Shown: positions 1 to 13,139 of the stretch, in pieces
Layout of the letters: every line of letters begins with the position of its first letter
Position numbering within the stretch: position 1 is the stretch's first letter
Assembly: GCA_039096935.1 (NCBI GenBank)
Contig: JBBPEE010000035.1
Location: 744,001-808,000 of the forward strand
Source: Blastocystis sp. ATCC 50177/Nand II
Taxonomy: Eukaryota
DNA length: 64,000 bases
Reading direction: 5' to 3'
Notes under the pieces: model-generated
What the model saw: the letters and a program-made list of their open reading frames with translations, nothing else
What the model was told of the DNA's origin: nothing
Database searches by the model: none
Program-made: the position numbers and the translations under genes

Positions 1-509
1 GACGAGTAACGCGTTGTTCAGAATGAGTAGAAGGGACAAACCAACTCGGTACTGATGGGACATGGCTTTGACGAATAGTATCCTCCTTGTCCGTTTGGCA
101 AAGTCCAATAGCGTTGTTGGGTCTTGCATGTTCTACTTCCGTGCTTTTGAATTGAATGTGAACGCGATGAAGCCATTGTATTCAATGCTGCACACTGGAA
201 ACTTCGTTTTCGATAACGAGATCAAGAGTGCTCTCATTCCTTTTGGGAGAGAGAATAAGGAAGCGTATTCCTTGGTGTATTATGACAACACTTGTGATGC
301 TTATGGTGTTTCAGCTGCTGAAGAGGTGGCTGAGCAGGATAGTAACTACATGTGATGGTCGATTGTGTGATGTGAAGAATAGTTACCACAGTACTCGTGC
401 TCAGTTGATGGCATTCAAGGCAGCGATTAACTACACTTACTACGGCTGCTTCTTCCCTCCTTATCCAGTGGAGAGAGGCTATCTTCCTGACTTCAACAAG
501 TTTGAATAG
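1..509 (+). CDS. Partial (3' part) SNM1/Artemis-like beta-CASP metallo-beta-lactamase paralog, possibly catalytically altered
   Basis: ORF 62-355 has GSCMFYF...MLHTGNF...YYDNT, collinear with HCPGSCMFLF...LYTGDF...HVDDT of the gene at 55.8-62.8 kb. The His of HCPG and the Asp of TGDF are replaced. The gene starts upstream of the window; exon limits are approximate. Confidence 0.55.
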
Positions 510-935
510 AAGTGGATGAGTGGGTTGAGAGAGTCGAAAGGCTGCTTGCGTTTGTTGGAAACACCTGCTTGTTGTCATGGAGGATGATCATCTCCTATTA
601 CATAGTGAGAGAACATGCATCTAAAGTGCGCTTTCTGCTCGATGAAGGCGAGCCTTAGGGAATATAGCCAACAATAGCGTGAGGAACCGATGGAAATGGG
701 TAGCTGTGATGTGGGGGCACAGCCTTGTTTCTCTCCATAACAGTAGGTTAGAATATGAAAAAAGCATTACTCGGGTGGGGTGTTTGCTATAAGGAATGGG
801 GTGTGGGTTCAAGAGGGTGATGCACTTGAGATCGGGTTTTGGTGAGAAAAGGTGGAAAGATGGAAACGGAAACCCCTTTGTATGAAACTCCATATTCAGT
901 GAGAATTCACTTTTTCTTTATTCTAACCATATATT

Positions 936-3900
936 ATGGCTGAAGTTGCTTCTGAGGTAGTTCAAGGGTTCGATTCTGAGGGGAATTATCACGATGTGAT
1001 TTACGATGAATTATTGAGTAAAAATTCACCGGAGAGAATTGAAATTCACCCCTTATGCCGCAAACTCATTGACACTCCAGAGTTCCAACGCTTAAAGGAC
1101 ATCAAACAGCTGGATCAGCTCAACTTGATGTTTGAAAAGGCAAAACATACAAGGTGGTAATGGAAATAATCATTAAGAAGTAGGTTTGAACACTGTATTG
1201 GAACGAGCTTTTTGTGTGGATGGTATTATGACGAGCTGATTAAACACTCGAAGCAGGCAATCAACATGAGTGAGGAAGAAATCGAGAAGTATCGCATGTG
1301 TGTTGTTGTTGCCGGTTTATTACATGATATTGGTCATTGTGTGCTTGGTCATTCCTATCCTCAGTATGTGAAGCTGTTTAGGAATTCAAGGATTACTGAG
1401 CATGAAACAATGGGAATAGAAATCTTCAGACGGCTTTTACAACGGGATGAAATCAAGAATGCTTTTCTTGAGAAGGGATTGGACGATACAGCAGGATAAT
1501 GGTATTGGTGTCATTTGTAGTATCAAGATTGCATCTGCATGATGATCGCTGGAAAAGAGAAGCATCTTACAGACGATCTGAAGGAAAAATGGAATGGCAT
1601 TCCTCCCAACAAGAAGTGGCTATATCAGATTGTCTCCAACGAGAGGTGTCTCTTATTTTTGATATTAAAAATAGAACTGGTATTGATATGGATCGGATTG
1701 ATTATCTTCTTCGAGATAGTCACTATGTAACTGTAAAGCTTCTCTCTTATGTAGACTGAATTGAGCACATCAGTGAACTATAAGCGAATCATTGAAAATG
1801 CTTACGTGCATCAGGATAAAGATGATAGTTTTGTAAAGGTAACCCGAAATGCTCACAACAAGATTTGTTTCGATAGAGAAGTGGTTTACGATCTAATGAG
1901 CGTTTATCAGTCCAGAATGATGTTCTACCTTCATGCCTGTAATGTTAGTCTCGTCTTTACTGTTAAGCATAGCATCGAGATAATCAGATTACAGAAATCA
2001 TGCTTCTCGAGGCTTTAAAAAGCGCGGAAGAACATGGATTTCATATTACTACCGAAATAACGGATGAAACGGTGACTAATGATTATGAAATATTGAAGAA
2101 AACACTGGACATACTGAAAGAATTCGGCGGAGATAGAGACTGGAAGGTATTAGAACAAGAATCCTGTGACTACTAGAATGTGGAGGCTTTTGCTAATGAC
2201 CCCAAAATGAAGAAACTGCTGGAGAAGACTATGCTTTCACTATCTAGAGCATGGGAGAATGTCGACATCTATCTTGCTGCAACAGATCACCTTATTGAAG
2301 TATCATTCATATAAGGGTATTAGAGCTAGGATTTGATGAAAACAGAAGACAGGGAATTAGCTGCGGCGCGCAACTTGATTACTCGAATAAGAAATAAGTA
2401 ATTGATTCATTTCTATCTCAGGAATAGAGACTTCTACACATGCGTTGGAGAGATTAACGTTAATGGACTCTATATTAAGAAAACGAATGAGGGAAAGAAA
2501 GAACGTACACGTAAGGTGATTAAGATAGCTGCTGATGGAACGAAAAAAGAAACAAACAAGAAATACCTTCGTTATGATAAAGAAGCAGTTCAAGAAAAAG
2601 TAAGAGACAAAATAACAGAGCTAATTGAAGGGGAGGATCTGAAGATTGATGATCTAATTATCGACTGCTGCATCGTGTCTCATGGCCAGGGAGTAGGGGT
2701 ATTTCTAGTTTCTTTAGAATAGGATTGTAATCCATTTGAATCCATTTACTTCAAGGATGGACCAAACAAGGTGAAGCGATTCGAAGGTTATATGATGAGT
2801 AATGTATTCAGCTCCGCTTATGAAGATGTGTAAAGTAGTGGCACAAACCCCTGAAATGGCACAAACCCCGGAACGACCACCGGCGAAACGCCCACTACCC
2901 TGCCCAATGGATAGTACATGAAGAGTTATTAGGGTTAAGCCATAGATAGTCAAGAGCTCCTATGGAAGAATCTGGAGAAAAACGGTCCTCAAATCTCATT
3001 GGTCGACCGTATCTTTCGTCATTTCTCCCCCACAAGGCCTATTTCTTCAAACCCTTTTGCATTTTCTTTGTGTTTACAACAAAACACTATCACACCGAAT
3101 TTGGCCAGGCTCAGAACAGCTTCACTCCCGTCAATCGCGATTTCCGGCAATTGCGGCGTTCTTCGTTCTTCTCCGGCAGCTGAGCTAGGATGGAGGAGTG
3201 GTCATCAGAAAGCAGTGTCGTTCGCTTCCAGGCCTGCAGGATGTTGCTTCTTGTGAAGGCATCCGAAAAGGCGTTTCTAGAAGCATCGAGCACGGCTTCT
3301 ATCCCGTTGCTCTTGCAGTACTCCTTGAGGTGGGTCTTATAGGGACTATAGATCCCCACGTCCAGGGGTTGGAGGAGAGCAGTGGTCTTCGCAGGCAGGA
3401 TGACCATATGGATGTTTTCACTTCTTAAAGCTCGCTCCACAGCCTTGTCATACCGACTTGCGTGCGCATCTGCTATTATCAGGGCATGTCTATCCTTGTT
3501 GTTGCCTCTGATCTGATTTACCGCGGGAATCAGCAGATCGCGCATCCACCGAGCTAAGCTCTCATTGCTCATCCAACCCTTCGCGGACTGGGCAATGTAG
3601 TTATTATCCAAATGAATCTTCTCCAGAATCGGCGCGAGGCGCTTTCTGGGAGGGATAATGTAATACTCGGGTAATGCCAGACCCGCCCCCGAGATACAGC
3701 CTACCAGAGTATAGTGCTCTCTCGGATTGCCCTGCTTCTTGGTAGGGATATCCCCACGGGCATGAGCTACTTTACAGCGCGGCGCCTTGTCCTGGGGCGA
3801 GATCCACGATTCGTCAAAATTGAAAACAAGATCAGGTGTAATTCCGTACTCTTTCAGAACCTTACCCACGAGAGCGAAGAACTCGCTCGCCTCATCAATG

Positions 3901-4676
3901 GATAGTAGTTTCTTAGTAGTATAGGAATTGCAACACTTATCCAGCAAAAGCCCCCCTCCCCCAAGATTTTGCGAATGTACCCTCTGGACACCAATCTCCG
4001 GTTATGCAAAACGGCGGGGCGTTTGGCCCGGACAATGTCCGTAACATACTCGCGCATCTCCTTCATAGTTGCACAATTACCCTCATGGGACTTGCACTCC
4101 ACCCAGTCCCAAAATTCGACCTTTTCCACATCTCGAAGATAGGGTGGTCTCCCGTTGCGCCCAACCTCCCTCCCCTCTTTCATCGCATTCACTGCACTAT
4201 AGTAGGATGATTTGGAGAGTTTCAGTTTCTTCTGAAGAAGTTGATTGGAATCGACATCATCGCAATTCACATCGCCGCTCAGCCGTTTGATGGCGCTGAA
4301 CTTCTTTCTGGGTGAGGTTTGATTCCTCACTTCACTCCTTGCAAACACGCGGTTCATCTCAAAGAAATAATGAAGATTGGCCAAAAAGGTAATGATTTCT
4401 GTTATTCGTTTTGGAAGATTCTGGAAGATTCTAGAACATTTGATTGAATAAACATGTTTCTTACACTAATACCTATCCACATGAAAATTGGTGAAAAAGA
4501 ACTAAGAGGTCGTTCCGGGGTTTGTGCCATTTCAGGGGTTTGTGCCACTACTTTATGTTCGCTTCTATTCTCGTACAAAGGAAAACGATGAGAAATGGAG
4601 AAAAGAAGTGTGTATATGGAGAAGAGCAGAACATCCTTACAATTTGAAATACGCTGATATGGAGGATGAGGAGTAA
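936..4676 (+). CDS. SAMHD1-like HD-domain dNTP triphosphohydrolase, multi-exon, last exon interrupted by pogo copy 1
   Basis: Motifs IDTPEFQRLKDIKQL, HTRFEHCIG (spliced), GLLHDIGH, IDMDRIDYLLRDSHY; ~30-nt GT-AG introns. Removing 2833-4555 gives ...SAYEDV-Y-VRFYSRTKE...DMEDEE* (TAA 4674-4676). TGTTTGTT at 4725-4732. Confidence 0.85.
2833..4553 (-). mobile_element. pogo-type Tc1/mariner DNA transposon, copy 1 (1,721 bp)
   Basis: 46-bp perfect TIRs AAGTAGTGGCACAAACCCCTGAAATGGCACAAACCCCGGAACGACC (internal direct repeat TGGCACAAACCCC x2); TA on both sides. Confidence 0.97.
3111..4384 (-). pseudogene. pogo DDE transposase, frameshifted
   Basis: Same sequence as the 424-aa copies but G6 instead of G7 in a homopolymer, splitting it into 176-aa and 278-aa ORFs; may be a sequencing error. 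Confidence 0.85.
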
Positions 4677-5112
4677 AGACAACTTCTCAATTCAGTGGTT
4701 ATCGGAGAGAATGGTGGTTTGTGTTGTTTGTTTTCAATCCTATGTACATTGCTAGGGTTTGTCTTATGAATGTGTAGGGGCTTTCGATAGAAAAGGCCCT
4801 ATTTCTGTCCATTCCTTAATATGGTGTTCACCTGAGATTGGCGGACGGGTTGAGGGAGTTTCATCCTATTTTTGTCTTTTTCTTAACACATACGCAGCGT
4901 CTACCCTGAGTTAGTATTGCATTGTGTAGATTAGATAGTCCTCTATCCATTCGTAATAACAGATGTGAGTATTGTTACTTCGTTGTGAAGAAAACAACAG
5001 AGAAGGACCAAGTGGTCACATCGAAAAAAGACCCCCTAAAACCCCGTACTTGTGGGGGGTTAATATGACTTATACTTGTTTATAATACAGATAACCGACT
5101 TTTGTCAAGGGA

Positions 5113-6603
5113 TTGAAAGGGGGGGTGAACACCATACATTCCTTCCTAGATCCTATGGAGAAAACTCTCGCGGAAAACAGCGTAAAGAAGGAGTATTCCC
5201 CGAGAAAGAAGTTTGCAGCGGCAAAACGGGCGTTGGGGGAAGCGCATTGCCATGATCAGGAATCCAGCCGCCCTCTTCAGAAACACGTGAAACTCAGCAA
5301 GGAGGAATGCTATGATGCAACTAATACAATAAGCGAGGGAAGGGACGACTGAGCTACTTGCTGCCTCCAGGAATAGTCCCATTTTGGAAAGAGATGGAAA
5401 ATGAGAAGGGGGGATTCCCCTTCCTACCCCGACATGCATAGATACGTATCACAAATCGTCAGGTCCAAGCGGCCCTCTCTGTTGAAGAAACGCCGACTTG
5501 TGTCTCATGACTCCATTGCTCATTACCCCAAGGAGAGTGGCTTTGAGACGGTCCCGTGCAAGAATGCGTATGAGGCCAATGAACTACTACCTATTGATGA
5601 GGCGCGCGGCTTCTTTAAGAAGGTACATGACGTGATTGAGCATTACCACATCAAGCACCAAAGCGTCTGGAATTCTGACGAGTCCTGGGTTTCACCAGAA
5701 GACAAAGCACCCAGGTGTTATGTACCTCATAAGAAGGGGACACTGGCTGCAAGGCGTCAAGGTCACCCAAGAGCGCATTTCACACTAATGGGGTACATGA
5801 ATGGACGAAGTGTACCTTATTCCTGAGAAGAACAATGCTGTGCGGATTGCTGAGCAGATTGGTATCCAGCGTGATTGTGGTAAGAAAACGGAGAAGGGCT
5901 GGGTCGATAACAACGCTCTGTACTGGTGGATCGTGAATCACGCAATTCCGGAGGTCGACAAGAGAAGAGGTGGTAACTGCATTGATACTTGTTGATTTCC
6001 ATGGCAGCCGGTACGACCAACGGATTGCGAAGCAATCAGCGAAGAAGAACACCCATCTCCTGCTTTTCCCCGCGGGGACCACAGCGCTTCTCCAGCCACT
6101 TGATGTCGGTGTGTATGCACCCTACAAGCAATTCCTGAGAAAGTGGATGGATAACAGCCAGATTGTTCCCGTACTGGAGACTTCGAGGGACGCCCTTTCC
6201 AGTGCCTTCACGAGAAAGAACATCAAGGAGGCCTGGGAGGAAACTACCTTGCTTTCTGAAAACCATTCCACAATAGAAGATCAACTGCCAGTCAGCAACC
6301 CATTCCGCCGTCAATCGCGACATCGCAATTCTGGTGATGATCTCCTGTGCTAAGGTGGCTATGATTTATTGTTTATTCCTAACAAACAGGGCTACACATG
6401 ATAGTCCCCTTTTGGGCTGCCCAGAACCCTTGGTTGTGGAAATCGCATTTTCCGGAATTCTTCTTTGCATTTTCATTTCTCGGAAACTTCCTGAGTTCCG
6501 GGAGGGGTCATGATATGGGCGGTGGTTATTCACTGAGTACTACCATTCTATACTATAACTTCTGGAAAAGACGGGGGTCATTCTTGGGTTTCTCGAAGTA
6601 CTG
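5113..6603 (+). mobile_element. Degenerate older pogo-family element related to the main family
   Basis: Broken ORFs with SPRKKFAAAKR, WNSDESWVSPEDKAPRC, TTALLQPLDVGVYAPYK aligning with the 424-aa transposase; stops and frameshifts. Probable right end ...GAAGTACTG/TA at 6603; left end unresolved. Confidence 0.85.
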
Positions 6604-6624
6604 TAGTGATCATCGTATCATATA

Positions 6625-7685
6625 CTATAATGCACATTTATTCTTACAAACACACCAGTATCCCTTCTTTAAGAACTTGTTCAATTCATACTTCCCATTC
6701 TTCTCAAGGTAATAAAACCCCTGCTGTCGGGGCATTCCAAACGGCTGTTTGATTGCTTTGGACACGTTCATATTCCACTCAGAGTCTTCTACCTCACGCT
6801 GTTTAATCCGATTGGTAAAGTTGCTGACACCCACGTGAATGCTCTGAACAACATCTGTCAAATCGATGAACATACTCTTCTTACACAACTCACAACTGTC
6901 ACGACATCTTCCCATTATGAAGTTGTCAATTCCTCGTCGACCAATCACAAAGTTCATCGAACTATTTGTAATCAGTGGCATTGCATCTTGTGAGAAGAAG
7001 AAATAGTCCTACACATCAACTCCATCTTCAATCGATACAGCACTGTATTTGTTACGAAGAATGGGCTTCATTCCATCGATTCGACCAAAACACTCTTTCA
7101 CTTCCTTCATGGAAGCGAAGGAAGGCGGCAGTTTAGCGATACTGGTTTCATTCACTCGACCCGCCAATTCGAGATATGGTGGAATGTCTCCTCGACTGAC
7201 CAATTGTTCAACAAGAGAGAGTATATCAAATAGAGTGGGTTCGATGAGGATGTCGGAATTGGCATATCCATAGAACTTGGCATCTGCCATGATTTGAGCT
7301 GTCCAATACATGGAATTGATGAATGGAATGCCATATGGATTCCTTTTGACGTCTTTGACGACTGAGCACTTAGAATCATCGAAGAGATCGGCGACATCGG
7401 GATTGTTGGTGAAGATGATGCAATGAAAGGAATAGTTGGAGGAATAGAGATCACTGAGACTTTTGAAGAGTTTGAGTTTGATTTGTGCTTCCTTGTTGAA
7501 GCTGTCTTCCGTTGTGAATAGAACCACTTCATATCGAGGAGTGCGTCTTTCTTTTGGAATCCACCATATCCCTACTCTATTGTCCTACGCATCATTGTGG
7601 ACAGTTAATCACAACGGGATAACCAGTATAGTGAGAAAGATAACTCCAAATAACGAGGGACACTACGGTGAAAAGTGTCAACATA
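6625..7685 (-). CDS. Putative glycosyltransferase (GT-A-like), paralog A
   Basis: FYGYANSDIL, DYFFF, VIGRRGIDN, IDLTDVVQSIH; 30-nt intron; hydrophobic N-terminus. Start approximate; true end probably 6657 via a poly(A)-created stop. Confidence 0.6.
6829..7520. repeat. 692-bp inverted duplication, arm 1 (partner 13314-14005)
   Basis: Reverse complement appears identical to 13314-14005, including an intron; ORF-track peptides are identical. Confidence 0.95.
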
Positions 7686-7733
7686 AGGATAATCTATTCC
7701 AAAAGCAGTCATCAGTTTTTTCTTTCATTTGAA

Positions 7734-10700
7734 ATGGCTCTCTCCAAGTGCTTTCAATTGCTTTATATTCTCATTTGTCTTTGTGGCATTTCTCAAATTG
7801 TCTGGAGGGATCAGTTCCACAGACTGATTTGTGACAGCATTCAGTTAGGAGGGAACTCGATTCTGTCTTCATGTTTTCAAAAGCCTGCGTCGGGTCATGG
7901 CTTTTTTACCAGTAGTCTATGACTCTCTTTCTGATTCTAAGGCGCAATGAAGCATGATGACATTGACAGCATATATTCCAGTTCTATCACATACAACAGA
8001 AAGCCGGTGAATAAAGAAGTGCGGACGATTCTGAATGATGTGTATCTGAACATCCAGAACGAGAACCGCACATCTCCCAAGGGGGAGTACGAGTTTCGAC
8101 AGGATCACATCATGAAATACTATATTGGTTCGTCTCCTGATTTGGAGCAACGGAATCGTGAAGAGTTGCCTCAATACGACCACTATGATGTGTCGGTTAT
8201 TTCACAAACAACGTTATCTCACCATTGAGTAGTAACAAATAGGCCAGAGAGACTGTTCTTTTTCAAGCATCTCTTGTCGAGATGGAGAGGGTTCGCTTCC
8301 CTATATCTCATGACACTTAGACCTATCAGTATTACGATTATGGTGAGACGAAATGAATCTGATGCGGTTGAACAATTCATTCGCAGCAGTGGCTTTCCTA
8401 GTCGTCTTCGTTTGGCGTTGTACATTTTCGGTATTAGCGATCGTCCTGACTGTGTTAACAAGTTTGACGGAAAGCAAATGGTTTGCGTTGAGGAGAAGAT
8501 CTACCCATTGAATCTATTAAGGAACATTGCGATCAAGAACACAGTCACCAGTCACTTTGTCGTGTTTGACATGGATATGTGGCCCTCTAGTTTTCTCCAT
8601 GCATCGATTCTAATCAGTAGAGTCCGTTTAAAGTAGTGGCACAAACCCCTGAAATGGCACAAACCCCGGAACGACCTCTTAGTTCTTTTTCACCAATTTT
8701 CATGTGGATAGGTATTAGTGTAAGAAACATGTTTATTCAATCAAATGTTCTAGAATCTTCCAGAATCTTCCAAAACGAATAACAGAAATCATTACCTTTT
8801 TGGCCAATCTTCATTATTTCTTTGAGATGAACCGCGTGTTTGCAAGGAGTGAAGTGAGGAATCAAACCTCACCCAGAAAGAAGTTCAGCGCCATCAAACG
8901 GCTGAGCGGCGATGTGAATTGCGATGATGTCGATTCCAATCAACTTCTTCAGAAGAAACTGAAACTCTCCAAATCATCCTACTATAGTGCAGTGAATGCG
9001 ATGAAAGAGGGGAGGGAGGTTGGGCGCAACGGGAGACCACCCTATCTTCGAGATGTGGAAAAGGTCGAATTTTGGGACTGGGTGGAGTGCAAGTCCCATG
9101 AGGGTAATTGTGCAACTATGAAGGAGATGCGCGAGTATGTTACGGACATTGTCCGGGCCAAACGCCCCGCCGTTTTGCATAACCGGAGATTGGTGTCCAG
9201 AGGGTACATTCGCAAAATCTTGGGGGAGGGGGGCTTTTGCTGGATAAGTGTTGCAATTCCTATACTACTAAGAAACTACTATCCATTGATGAGGCGAGCG
9301 AGTTCTTCGCTCTCGTGGGTAAGGTTCTGAAAGAGTACGGAATTACACCTGATCTTGTTTTCAATTTTGACGAATCGTGGATCTCGCCCCAGGACAAGGC
9401 GCCGCGCTGTAAAGTAGCTCATGCCCGTGGGGATATCCCTACCAAGAAGCAGGGCAATCCGAGAGAGCACTATACTCTGGTAGGCTGTATCTCGGGGGCG
9501 GGTCTGGCATTACCCGAGTATTACATTATCCCTCCCAGAAAGCGCCTCGCGCCGATTCTGGAGAAGATTCATTTGGATAATAACTACATTGCCCAGTCCG
9601 CGAAGGGTTGGATGAGCAATGAGAGCTTAGCTCGGTGGATGCGCGATCTGCTGATTCCCGCGGTAAATCAGATCAGAGGCAACAACAAGGATAGACATGC
9701 CCTGATAATAGCAGATGCGCACGCAAGTCGGTATGACAAGGCTGTGGAGCGAGCTTTAAGAAGTGAAAACATCCATATGGTCATCCTGCCTGCGAAGACC
9801 ACTGCTCTCCTCCAACCCCTGGACGTGGGGATCTATAGTCCCTATAAGACCCACCTCAAGGAGTACTGCAAGAGCAACGGGATAGAAGCCGTGCTCGATG
9901 CTTCTAGAAACGCCTTTTCGGATGCCTTCACAAGAAGCAACATCCTGCAGGCCTGGAAGCGAACGACACTGCTTTCTGATGACCACTCCTCCATCCTAGC
10001 TCAGCTGCCGGAGAAGAACGAAGAACGCCGCAATTGCCGGAAATCGCGATTGACGGGAGTGAAGCTGTTCTGAGCCTGGCCAAATTCGGTGTGATAGTGT
10101 TTTGTTGTAAACACAAAGAAAATGCAAAAGGGTTTGAAGAAATAGGCCTTGTGGGGGAGAAATGACGAAAGATACGGTCGACCAATGAGATTTGAGGACC
10201 GTTTTTCTCCAGATTCTTCCATAGGAGCTCTTGACTATCTATGGCTTAACCCTAATAACTCTTCATGTACTATCCATTGGGCAGGGTAGTGGGCGTTTCG
10301 CCGGTGGTCGTTCCGGGGTTTGTGCCATTTCAGGGGTTTGTGCCACTACTTTACTCCACGATTATGGACTTGCCTGAATCCTATATGAAGAATCCGTACA
10401 ACGTGATGATTATTCCTGCTTTCTCCCTTTCCACGACGGTTCTTAACCCTGCCAATTGTACTTCTTTCAGAGCCTGCATTGAATCGTATGAATCTCGTGA
10501 ATCACTCACGACTAGCGCAATCACCTTCTATCCCCAAACCAAAGAGGATCTTGTAAAGTGCATGAATCGTGATGAATGCTCCGTTTTCCGTCCAAAGACG
10601 CTGACACATGTGAGTCTTCTTTTCCTTCTTCACGATAGAACTATCTCCCTGAAGACTGGACCACTCTTCCTAAGGAAACACAGTACACTGCAGTTCCCTG

Positions 10701-11130
10701 CTTTAAGGAGCGGTTCTTGGAGCCCTACGTGATGGTCAAGAGATGGAAGGGTTTGCCGCTGTTTGACAGTCGCTTTATCAACTATGGTTACAACAAGAAC
10801 CAATGGATCGAGCATCTTCGTTATCTCGGTTATGAGTTCAATGTTCTCTCTCAGAGTTATGCTGTGGATATGCCCCATTCGATGTAATAGCAGATTGCGT
10901 CCTTGAGTTCTAGATCTGGTTTTGCAAAGACCTTCAATCAGGGCTTTGTGAAAAGAGACGTAGAGATTCTTCACCTCTATAGACGGTTTTTGTATGAGAT
11001 CCGTCATGAACGCAAGGACGAAAGCAGAATCATTCTGTGCTTACCAAATAGTGATCCTATTAAAGCGCTATTGACTATTAGATACAAAGGTCTACAACAA
11101 TTGATGGCTTTTTTGAACAAACACTCATAA
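7734..11130 (+). CDS. GT49/LARGE-like glycosyltransferase, multi-exon, interrupted by pogo copy 2
   Basis: Signal-anchor N-terminus; YPLNLLRNIAI, VFDMDMWP, EPYVMVK, PLFDSRFINYGYNK. Removing the insert gives WPSKSV-Y-STIMDLP in frame. Confidence 0.8.
8631..10351 (+). mobile_element. pogo-type transposon, copy 2 (1,721 bp)
   Basis: 46-bp TIRs; TA at 8629-30 and 10352-53. Confidence 0.97.
8800..10073 (+). pseudogene. pogo DDE transposase, frameshifted
   Basis: Same G6 frameshift as copy 1. Confidence 0.85.
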
Positions 11131-12963
11131 TCCATATTCACCAGACAATAGTACAGTTGGAACATTTTGTTTTCGCTTCTCGCTTGCTTCACAAACTCCT
11201 TCTGTGCACTGGTAATCAGATGTGGAAGATCGACACCAAAGGATTGGGGGAGAATGTAGAACTTTGCACCTATTGCTCACTACTACTAACATAACAAACC
11301 CTCTTTGTAAAGCCTCCAGAAGAAGTAGATCTTGTCGCGTCCATAGTTGACAAAGTACGGATGGAACAGTCCATTCATTGCTGATCGTCTGAACACTCCA
11401 TATCTACTCAACAAAGCGATTCATGAGAGCTACGGTTCCTTCTCACCAACTAAGTCAATCTGGTAGGCAGTGGAGTTCTGATACAGTAGCCATTCATCCA
11501 CGTCCATGATCTTCTACTACATCACCCAAACTACAGAAGAATACATGAAAGGAATGAATGTGCGGATTGATCTTCGTCATAGCCATCGTCATGATGAGAT
11601 CCTTCTTTGAAACGGGGATTGCATTCCATCTATAGTAATACTCTGCCTTTGCATTTACAGTTCATAAAACACATTCATATCCGTTATTCCCTTGGTTTTC
11701 TTCTTTGCATACTGGAAGAGTTGCAAGAGGAGCACAGAATTGTAATCATACAGGATTTGCTTGTTGTTCAGGATGTCATCATACAGATTGCGAGAAGGAA
11801 ACACGTCAATATCCAGAAGAAGATAGTGTGTAGTCGTAATGCTCTCAATGCCAATATCTCTCAGTACATTAAAGGGATAAATGCCATTCGGCATGTAGTA
11901 CTTGTGCTTGCCCTGATAGATGAAGGGAGTGATCGTATAGGTTGGGATAATGTAGATATTGAAGAGAATGGAGCGTGTTTGCTGAAGAATGAACTCCATC
12001 AAAGCACGAAACTCAATCTCCTGGATGATAAACACAGAGACAATGGGTCCCTTCCAGCGTTTCAACAAGTAGGGATAGCGGTTGATCCGATCATAACTAT
12101 TCCTAAAAAACTCAGTACTACTGCTACGACAACTGGTGAACTAGAGTTACTCCAGTGTAGTTCTTATCGTGAACATCTAGGGTTCATAGAAATAGGTGAG
12201 ATTACAGGGTGTCATTGTATAACTCGTACACTTCTTGGAAAAGCCGCGATACTGCAACAAATAGAACTCTTGATAGTGGGAGTACTCTCTGTAGCTCATC
12301 GTCTTGATGAGGAGCTCCTTCTTGTGGTGGAAGAAGAAGTCCATCACTTCTACACATAAGGAAAGAAAAGAGAAAAGAACCTGAAATGGTTGTGCAGTTC
12401 CTCCGAAGAGCCGCTCTTTGGGGAATCATCTCATGGAACAGCCTCTTTTCATTCAGTATGGAGGTGCAATTCCCAGCATGTAACCGCCTCAGATACCTGG
12501 AATGGTGTTGATAGTAGTAATCATAGCACTGCATGGAATCGTATTTCTACAGAATGACACAATGCTCATTATCGTTACTCCCATGCACATTCTATCAGCA
12601 TTTGGCAAGGGATCATACTTATGATCCGCAATGGCCAAACAGGCAGTACTGTTTGCAATTTCACAAGGCCATTGTCTGCTCTGCACATCATATCTACGTA
12701 ACATGAATCCACTTAGATTTACTGGTTTGTGACGATTAAGGATTCGTAGTAATTGTTCCAGAAGGAGAGAATGAAAGCGAAGGATAGACATAAGAGGGGA
12801 ATGATAGAAAGAAGATAGCACAACATTGCATTAGGCAAAACAAAAAATAAAGGGGAAAATGAAACCATGCAGTGGATATGACTAGTGTGCTCATCACTGT
12901 GATGTCTTTGCTATTGGATGAATTGTTTGGAAAGCGATTCAGAGTGGCATTGTATTGCTCCAT
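11128..12963 (-). CDS. GT49/LARGE-like glycosyltransferase paralog, multi-exon
   Basis: YPFNVLRDIGIESITTTHYLLLDIDVFPS, EPYGV, FHPYFVNYGRDK. 5' end approximate and may extend upstream; 3' end inferred from the TGTTTGTT motif. Confidence 0.7.
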
Positions 12964-13139
12964 CTGATAGGTCTATAGCAGTTCTAATCAAAAGACAAGT
13001 CAGTATCTGACTCTGGCTCACCATCAAAGAACACTATGCAGATGCAGTGTGATACAACAAAAAAACAGGAGTGTTTCCACTGTTACAGAAATCGTCTCGA
13101 TTATGTCACAACCAGGGTTTCACCTAAAACTACTCAAGA

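Noticed and set aside
2833..2845. pogo element acting as a spliceosomal intron (GT near its end)
   Set aside because: No AG acceptor at the other terminus (ends CTACTT/TA) and host introns are ~30 nt.
2962..3428. Small recurrent ORFs within each pogo copy (63-85 aa)
   Set aside because: Alternate-frame or antisense by-products that repeat only because the element repeats.
11607..12359. 250-aa plus-strand ORF
   Set aside because: Antisense to the GT49-like gene, with no motifs.
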